Source: a virus
IMG/VR virus record: IMGVR_UViG_3300045135_002242
Location: 1-64,000 of that record
Length of the DNA stretch: 64,000 bases
Strand: one strand, 5' to 3'
The position numbers were made by a program, and so were the translations under genes. Of the stretch, positions 59,001-64,000 are shown in pieces (the first letter of the stretch is position 1; each line of letters opens with the position of its first letter). The notes under the pieces are model-generated. The model ran no database searches. It saw only the letters and a program-made list of their open reading frames with translations, and was not told the origin of the DNA.

Positions 59001-60362
59001 AAGGGCAGCTTTAGCCCCATCTATCGACAAGAAAGCTGCAGCCTTCTGCGCTCTAGCAGCAGCTTTAGTAATCTCTCCGGCTTCTACTGCAGTATCAATT
59101 GCTTTAGCCGTCTTTGCGAATTTAGAGCCAACACCAATAGCTTTAAGGACTGCTCCTGGGGTAACCCAGGAAGCTAGCATACCCATGCTGGTGCCCCACA
59201 TCTCTGGGGTAATAAATGCTTCTAGGGCACCATTACCAGCAGCCCTCATACGCTCCGCTACAGTAGCATCAGAGTCAGCAACAACCTCCCACTGCTTACC
59301 AATCTCTTCCATAGCACGTTCGGCTTGTACCGGGTTATAACCAAAAAAGTCCTGTACTGCTCTAGTATTGTCTTCAGTTTCCCCAATATCATAAAGCCCT
59401 GTTAGATCTCCTACAGCATCTACAGGGCTTACAATAAGAGAATCTACAAAACTAGAGCCTAAACCTGCAAGAGTATTACCTACTCTATTAAGAAAACCCC
59501 CTCTATCGGCTTCACGCTCTTGCATCTCGCGCACAATATTGGATAAGGCTGCCCCCTTACCTACAGTGCCTTCAGAAGAGCGTAGTTGCTGTACATCCGT
59601 AAGATAGCGCGTAAACAACTCTTGTCCGAGAGTTTGATCAATTTCGGCAGGAGCACCTAATAACCCTTCACGACTAGAGTAATACTCACTAGCACCACTA
59701 CCATAGGCGTCAGATAATTCAGGATCCCCATAACGATCTTGTACAATTCTATCTTTTAAAGCCGCTTCACGTCCATGGCCAAGGCCTTCTAGCATAGTAG
59801 CTACATCATAAGGTAAGAGGACATCTAAACGCTTGTCTTCTACGTCTACACCATACTCTCCTGGAGCCCACCCATAGTCTCCTGGAAACCCGGTATCTTG
59901 GTAACGAGCTTCAGAACCTTCAATACTTCCCTTTGCCACCCCAAACTTTACTTCCCTACCTCTATTCTTGGTACCAAACATGTACAAACGTCTAGTAGGT
60001 CCGGTGTAAGATTCACCAGTATCGTAAACTACATTACCTGCCTCATCTTTAGTTAAGGTATAGTTATCTAGTCCGTACTGAAGTAAGCTTTGATATTCTT
60101 GGTCACTAAGATCATTCCAGATCTTATTTCTGTTACTTTCTAGCCTGCCGCCACCCAAATCAGTATAAGAGTTATCTAAAGACGCTCTCTGATTTACCTG
60201 AGACATCCGCTCCAGTTTATCTTCTTTAGCTTGAGCTAGTCGCTGACTACGTTCTACGGCTTCATTGCTTGTACCAAAGTTCTCAAAAGACACATAACTT
60301 TCAGTAGGAGTTACGTCTGCTAGAGTTTCTTGAGGAGTGTCCCAGTTGTTTAGATCGGCCAT
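53067..60362 (-). CDS. Virion RNA polymerase (single-subunit, N4 vRNAP-like)
   Basis: KNGRF, motif A EFDAVTSG, motif B RNLFKYPFMTFNY, motif C IHDAI; 2431 aa. Confidence 0.9.
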   Translation of the reverse strand: MADLNNWDTPQETLADVTPTESYVSFENFGTSNEAVERSQRLAQAKEDKLERMSQVNQRASLDNSYTDLGGGRLESNRNKIWNDLSDQEYQSLLQYGLDNYTLTKDEAGNVVYDTGESYTGPTRRLYMFGTKNRGREVKFGVAKGSIEGSEARYQDTGFPGDYGWAPGEYGVDVEDKRLDVLLPYDVATMLEGLGHGREAALKDRIVQDRYGDPELSDAYGSGASEYYSSREGLLGAPAEIDQTLGQELFTRYLTDVQQLRSSEGTVGKGAALSNIVREMQEREADRGGFLNRVGNTLAGLGSSFVDSLIVSPVDAVGDLTGLYDIGETEDNTRAVQDFFGYNPVQAERAMEEIGKQWEVVADSDATVAERMRAAGNGALEAFITPEMWGTSMGMLASWVTPGAVLKAIGVGSKFAKTAKAIDTAVEAGEITKAAARAQKAAAFLSIDGAKAALTAQSGFMVSAMGQVNSQYNEFVKNNNGVELEGAEKAKWFAGRFAVQMVNQNLDKLVDFSIIKNPGMIASAIPAVKAMTNREFAQVAKAMAAGSAATAINMGKEAAQEYSQTMMELFNSRYGSEKFSDVEEFTAFLQDERNTTEAGIAALAGAGGAPQFEAIGAVLPATAEVVGGISKAGGALGEKIKKSESATAPEPSVYDTQVAEEEPSEEEITARREAADTFADKTVAKYSSMFSDTEAAATMFADADESVVPTPNLVEELKKDSTGYRAAYDEIEKAEAVLESRRGQENAKDTDEEALKLLRKSKREIFRNFLTDEDQPTLGSGFTPEDVVTEFVNTMDVKDGQLDITAEEEKAVKAYMEANEVPALRFETIRKARIKGKDAYTVHEEALGTGERSASSYRNQLRTLVNTPNPSRKAVARLVDKVDRFLVSQETRKEAYDSVLNQVKADVNNYNEQTAAGKTIFVKPKKTYRIPGYKDNFVSVSVNDGVYSVHPSSQALSDTIQDNIDYLTRTKELYGKQVDAILGKDNPSSLAGITVRPNPSKQNSRDADRKFYEKVGVTKAIIGESPSPQWGSKGDYAQDNGSKINTGEYTENDVVVINTNAKSFSKDSKVRKELEKAYKAGATIVVDAGSRKNNYLHRLLSNYHFKKVKEDGVTKYLPKAKAEPIRSKQAKAKKAEIAKVRLRRRVLKAMELEASISSDTIVSALEAGEVTEAQADRYNKTVEEAKALFPKGVSAMRDYYKSQTAKQSNEVYEELLEVALEHGLESLDLSEAMGSVIERAKAGKITMAAAIEGTKQVETKIKELMDGEDFLVDWKSAQEEAKRGELDFNQWLKETAKALGIKPMQIAKDMLYNAIGKDKKKAYTYFNEKTGDFVRPTTNLYNLPKDENGNVKVSYQVLDLDPNNYVTVNKATPFNTLPAKEMRIAGKQGVKFNSMVNQAVKLLEAAIDKPNLDFNGTKNSILSFTNSPASSLIFDQDMKVNENVAIAAQLGLNNFIKNSGYLLKKGKKTKADLAEILGIDETQISREAVEMLSDKGLLYKTIANSIGKDVASMLGLARKSDSESDAQSYDALVADLGQTALLMGVADGLLELDNSLTAAEFAKTVLKKTGKGLDRGAGAKVIFIQAKEKTEQRLTKIAAAAKEIAEVIPDIDVNRKEPSFHPPKDKVKNKAVAKIRKERLGLNIPGPSQDAIKEAMDTEWTADLDLMREMIDNKELIKIRLGYIEIGSSEYEELSFEEKEVQESINRGIEKSFEEMEWLTKSKGSSISMWFNYFFSKNGRFFVDSNTINPQTDKHLHRFAVQPASHIATYIRKGNKFKVGRKDVTKEVNFALAQAFGFATDKKDTAKINKFAEKILTRLKTPARIKAARRALLKTGKFKPLGIEIEHLGHALQAFKFVEGSLKGKVTSAITAEFDAVTSGFGLKNMQMPIIADREKWLQKVGVVFDIDEVLKAVTDKSMNDILDSGNVRDSYQTLAKDVKFSDNIDESFADLLAETKEQKGNIINDSPYNKNLWEALLGALPKVDTAGNVDKALRNLFKYPFMTFNYSASIKSIRKNLLTGDMMTGLAKEMAKVDLKSTKEKDQPILNLMKVYANDKMSLEELQDTIRNKPMHQIRVPGAKYSMDRYLSQMIEGSYGAKVEKILMEQFGPFVNAQDKVNSAFRAMFEMFSVSFEEKLKEARKKGPVTIDMENKIYEDLKQQWPMIKGPLSNMEQEFMEGDGIGVYAVQTSSPYGSYGGRKPVRANLSKALQEKLGQKDIRVSHMIKQMTAAVAAGSVVPIHYIDGAIMAQTINGLAQANIRGITLIHDAIMPPLVHMAEAQKEYNKQVLEVNNNYSFIYEIGKSLGRFADMIPTGESKYSKILIDDKNEEGKPIKVSLKNFVIGNYNSFAVLANEVASKREELYGDLNKGAKIMHMAGTAEGVYSVEAGTINHKPVEKLEPKGYNIDKEMEVSGVTYPQLTDLTQNLCKGK

Positions 60363-60378
60363 TAACTAAAACCTTTAT

Positions 60379-60417
60379 AAATAAAAATGCTACGAATAGT
60401 ATAACCTACCCGTAGCA
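60379..60417 (-). terminator. Possible terminator/attenuator upstream of vRNAP
   Basis: TGCTACG...CGTAGCA stem followed by TTTTTATTT on the minus strand. Confidence 0.5.
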
Positions 60418-60638
60418 AATAGTACAGTAAATATAGAATAGTCGTTAAGGCTTTACTGCGCCTTTAGTGACCTTAATTTAGATAGTGCTCTTTGTAAATC
60501 AAATCTTACATTATCGACTGCAGTACGATTATCATTAGGATTGTACTGTTGCAAAATACTTCTAAGATTATTTACTGCATTTTCCTGAGCTAGGGCCCTT
60601 CTATCCACTAAGTCTTGGTTGCGAAGACTAGCAGTACT

Positions 60639-62402
60639 CTACGGAGGAGTAGTCCTAGCTGGTGAAGCTACAGAAGGACTGCCTACACCTGGGTGAAAGT
60701 CTCTGGGAGGAGTAGGGTAAGAAGCATTAGTTCTTTTAAGAAGCTCTTCTTTTAGCTGTTTTAGTTTAACCTTTTTTTGCTCAAAGTTTTCTAAAGCTCG
60801 CCTAGACATCTTTGCAGGATCGTAAGTACCTTCTCTTACCATTCCGGCTATACGCTTCTCCACTTCCGCTATAGCATTTTCAGTATCTAGAATTTCTAGA
60901 CTGATTCTTTCATTTCGATTAGGCTTCCCATCCTCTCTCACATTTACATCAAAAGCAGGTCCAAGTTCAGCAGCCAAGGTCCTAGCAATAGGGTTTCCTA
61001 AGTTACTCTCCCCCAGCTGTCTTTCTAGAGTGTTTACTGAAGGTTTAGTCCCTCTCTGCAATACAAACGTATCTGGATCTGGAGTGCCATCAGGGTTATT
61101 CATCTGATTATCCCTACTGGGGATTAAACGGTCAAATTCAGGATTTAATGGCAGTCTAGTGCCCCTTGGAGTAAAGCCAACAAGGCTTTTTTGCAGTTCT
61201 TCTAAGCTACGTCCTTGAATAGGTGTGTATTTGTATTCATCTCTGTCAACATACTTACTACCAGAAGAATTTGTACGCATACCTCTTTGCAAGGCCTCTG
61301 CTTGTTGTACTACTTCTCCAAACTCATCACTTGTTGTGGAAGGAAATCTCTTACCTCCTACAAGAGAAGTCTTAATGCCATACTTAATTGCAGCTGCAGC
61401 TACATCAGGAGAAATGCCTTTATCTAATAGGATATCAAACCCTTCTTTGGCGTCGTCAGTATCCCACCAACCAATATCAATATCAGCTATGTCTGACATA
61501 GCCTTTAAAGCGTCTTTTATGCCTGCCCTATCATTAGAGTATCTTTTACCTCCTGCGTTAGCTCTGCTAATATAATCATCATAAAGATCAATATTTTTAA
61601 GAACTGTGTCATTAATGGCCTGCACCCTAGCATCTTCACCAGCTCTAAGTTCTTGTTTAGTAATACCTCCAACAATATCGCCTAGGTACTCTTTAGTCTT
61701 AGCAGGGTCCATACCAGCTTTTACAGCAGGATCCATACGACCTAGTAAGGCAGTTACACGCTCTCCCTTCGTCAAACCTTCGCCAGTACTGATACGATTT
61801 TGAATTTCTTCTAGCCTGTTACCATAACGCTCTTCTACAAAGTTATTAATAGCAGCCTGAGTCTCCTTAGGGGTAAGGTCAGAAAACTCTAATTGATCCT
61901 TAAGGTTAATAAGGTCTAACTCACGTTGGGCTACCGCTCTATCTAGATCTCCTGGAGTAAGGCCAGAGGACTCCATACTTTTTCGAAAAGCCTGCGTAGC
62001 CGCCTGGACATCTTTACTACTACCACGAAGAAAAGCTTCGGTAGCTTTCATTTCTTTATTAGTTTCATCAATAACTTGGTTATAAGCGTCTTGGAGACCT
62101 TCAGAATAGTCTCCTAGAATGTACTTATCAGGAGACTCGGTTAGTGTCCACAGAGCTTCTCTGGCTCCTTCTGCTTCAGCAATTTTAGCAAGACGTTCTT
62201 TTTCAGTCGCAGCTGCTCTGGCGTTGTGTATATCCCAACGCCTTTTGTTTTCCGCATCAGCTGCTGCTTGACGAACAGCTTCTGCCTCATTAGCTGCCTG
62301 GTCTAGGTAGCTTCCCGAAAGGTTAGCCAAGGACGTACTAATATCTTGCGTCCAGTTAGTACCACCTCCCGGTACTGTTACATAAGTGCCTTGTCTAGCC
62401 AT
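60639..62402 (-). CDS. Probable internal virion/ejection protein
   Basis: 587 aa, helical, in the virion operon; frame stays open 61 codons past TAG. Confidence 0.7.
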   Translation of the reverse strand: MARQGTYVTVPGGGTNWTQDISTSLANLSGSYLDQAANEAEAVRQAAADAENKRRWDIHNARAAATEKERLAKIAEAEGAREALWTLTESPDKYILGDYSEGLQDAYNQVIDETNKEMKATEAFLRGSSKDVQAATQAFRKSMESSGLTPGDLDRAVAQRELDLINLKDQLEFSDLTPKETQAAINNFVEERYGNRLEEIQNRISTGEGLTKGERVTALLGRMDPAVKAGMDPAKTKEYLGDIVGGITKQELRAGEDARVQAINDTVLKNIDLYDDYISRANAGGKRYSNDRAGIKDALKAMSDIADIDIGWWDTDDAKEGFDILLDKGISPDVAAAAIKYGIKTSLVGGKRFPSTTSDEFGEVVQQAEALQRGMRTNSSGSKYVDRDEYKYTPIQGRSLEELQKSLVGFTPRGTRLPLNPEFDRLIPSRDNQMNNPDGTPDPDTFVLQRGTKPSVNTLERQLGESNLGNPIARTLAAELGPAFDVNVREDGKPNRNERISLEILDTENAIAEVEKRIAGMVREGTYDPAKMSRRALENFEQKKVKLKQLKEELLKRTNASYPTPPRDFHPGVGSPSVASPARTTPP

Positions 62403-62416
62403 AGTATTTATTATCC

Positions 62417-62782
62417 TTAAAGAGCGTTAAACGAGCTAATATTTCTATTACGTCGGGCTTGTTCATCTCTAGCTGTATCTAGGTTGAATTGCAAAGCTTG
62501 GTTCTGCAGCTTAGCATTTTTTAGCAAAACAGGTAAAGAAGCTGCCTGTAATAAGGTGGAGGCTAAACCTGTGACCCCCGCCATTTTATCAGGGTTACTG
62601 AGCCAACCCCCTGAAACGCCTCCAGAAAGGCTGTCTCTTAACGTACTATCCATACTAGTTTTGGCAAGAACATCTTCTGGAGACATAGTACCTGCCATAA
62701 GTTCCTTCCTAAAATCTGCGTTTCGGTTAGCGAAGTAACTGTCTAGTTCAGAGTCCTTTTTACCAAAGAGGGAAAAACCCAT
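62417..62782 (-). CDS. Small probable internal virion protein
   Basis: TAAGGAG SD; Gly/Ala-rich segment plus coiled coil. Confidence 0.7.
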   Translation of the reverse strand: MGFSLFGKKDSELDSYFANRNADFRKELMAGTMSPEDVLAKTSMDSTLRDSLSGGVSGGWLSNPDKMAGVTGLASTLLQAASLPVLLKNAKLQNQALQFNLDTARDEQARRNRNISSFNAL

Positions 62783-62832
62783 ACTTATACTCCTTATTAA
62801 TAAGTGTAATTTTGCGCAATTAATTTATTATA

Positions 62833-63999
62833 CTATATAATTAATATATTATCAAACGCTGAATCGCTGTAGTCAGCTTTGCGTAATGCCTGTTTAGTGG
62901 TCCTCTGAATATTCCCCATAGCCAGTGTTCCTCCCCCTCTTTCATAAGGCAGATCGAATTGCTCAGTATATATAGACCAATCAGCAGTAGCAGGTCTTGC
63001 ATATACTCTAGCAAAATGCATAAGAATATCGTTTTCTCTAGATAACTCCTGAGAAAGCTGTTCCCATTCGGCCTTTAAATCTCTGTTCCTATCATTTAAA
63101 GACTCAAGCTTTAGCTGCTGAGGTAGCATAAATAGGTTAACCATTTTATCTAAAAATGATAGACTGCTTTCAGTAAGGTTACCACTAACTAGGTCTAAAG
63201 CACCTTCTATAATTTTTTCTACAAAGTCCGTAACCCGTTCTTTTACTGCCTCTTGCAGACCTTGCTCTAAACTTTTTTGCAGGGCCTTTGATAAACTATT
63301 TACAAGTAAAAATAAGCTAGCAATCATAACTAGGGGCTCAATAGTCTTATTTACTTCCATAAAAGCTGCTGCCATGCCTTCCATACCAAGAGCAGAAAAA
63401 GCCAAAGAAAACAAAACCAGTACTAAACTAGCTGTAACAATAGCAGTGGCTAAGGCTTGCGCAGTAAGAGCTGCATTCCCTAAACTTACTACTACCGCCA
63501 CTACGAAAACAATAACGGCTAAAGCTTTTTTCCACCACTTAACCTTCTTTTTTGTGTAGCCTGTATCAATAAGCCTAACAATATAGGAATTAAGCTCCTT
63601 AAAGGTTAAGTTGTAGGCTCTTGGGTTACTAAATACATCTGCTTTTAAATAGTAAAAACCTAAATAATAGTACCATAAATTACTATAGTCAGTATTCAGT
63701 TCCTCTGCCTCATCCTCAAAAAGGCGATAAGTACGGGTAACTAGGTCTGGATCCGTCTCTAGGTCACTAGCGTCCATAGCACGTATGGCTTGGCTAGTAT
63801 AGTAAGAATTAGGAAATGAAAACTTTGGGGTATTGGCACTATAAGTAAGAGCAGAATGGTCTTTTAAAAGATCATCTACAATACTTTGGACAATACTGGA
63901 ACTACTGGCAAATTGGGTGTAAGGAAGCTCTAAAGTAACCACATAAGTATGATAGACCCTACCTTCTGTTGTAGTACCTATGCCTATTTCAACATCTTT
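62833..63999 (-). CDS. Structural/membrane-spanning virion protein (5'-truncated by window edge)
   Basis: Frame open to window end; KKKVKWWKK followed by long hydrophobic segments. Confidence 0.7.
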   Translation of the reverse strand, partial: KDVEIGIGTTTEGRVYHTYVVTLELPYTQFASSSSIVQSIVDDLLKDHSALTYSANTPKFSFPNSYYTSQAIRAMDASDLETDPDLVTRTYRLFEDEAEELNTDYSNLWYYYLGFYYLKADVFSNPRAYNLTFKELNSYIVRLIDTGYTKKKVKWWKKALAVIVFVVAVVVSLGNAALTAQALATAIVTASLVLVLFSLAFSALGMEGMAAAFMEVNKTIEPLVMIASLFLLVNSLSKALQKSLEQGLQEAVKERVTDFVEKIIEGALDLVSGNLTESSLSFLDKMVNLFMLPQQLKLESLNDRNRDLKAEWEQLSQELSRENDILMHFARVYARPATADWSIYTEQFDLPYERGGGTLAMGNIQRTTKQALRKADYSDSAFDNILII

Positions 64000-64000
64000 A

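Noticed and set aside
49838-63559. Plus-strand ORFs over the virion genes
   Set aside because: Antisense shadows without SDs or recognisable motifs.
1-64000. Genome-wide TAG recoding
   Set aside because: Several genes end cleanly at TAG (e.g. 11993, 27518, 30721), long ORFs are intact in the standard code, and no suppressor tRNA is seen.
1-64000. CRISPR array, diversity-generating retroelement or retron
   Set aside because: No regularly spaced repeats and no reverse transcriptase motifs found.

Overview
A 64-kb segment of an AT-rich lytic dsDNA phage with an N4-like (Schitoviridae-like) gene set, apparently divergent. Plus strand (1-48.9 kb): a two-subunit T7-type RNA polymerase and a mosaic early region containing a GC-rich foreign island. 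It continues with a vWA/MoxR-AAA pair, thyX, phoH, DNA ligase, RNA ligase + kinase and a tRNA array. The replication and metabolism block has a helicase-primase, rIIA, exonuclease, Sak4-like ATPase, SSB, UvrD-like helicase, split DNA polymerase A, nrdAB and clpP. Minus strand (48.9-64 kb): large virion proteins including a 2431-aa virion RNA polymerase. Three group I introns with HNH endonuclease ORFs can be spliced in silico to restore helicase-primase, rIIA and clpP. The most striking unexplained signal is that seven small proteins from several unrelated families all end in the same C-terminal tag, x-P-E-hydrophobic x3-stop, and sit directly upstream of core genes. Other notable signals are pseudoknotted RNAs in the tRNA array, an endonuclease insertion that re-created the helicase N-terminus, a probable AUA start, a possible TAG readthrough, and NAMPT and Tad2-like gene remnants. 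All family calls come from motif recognition by eye; no database searches were run.
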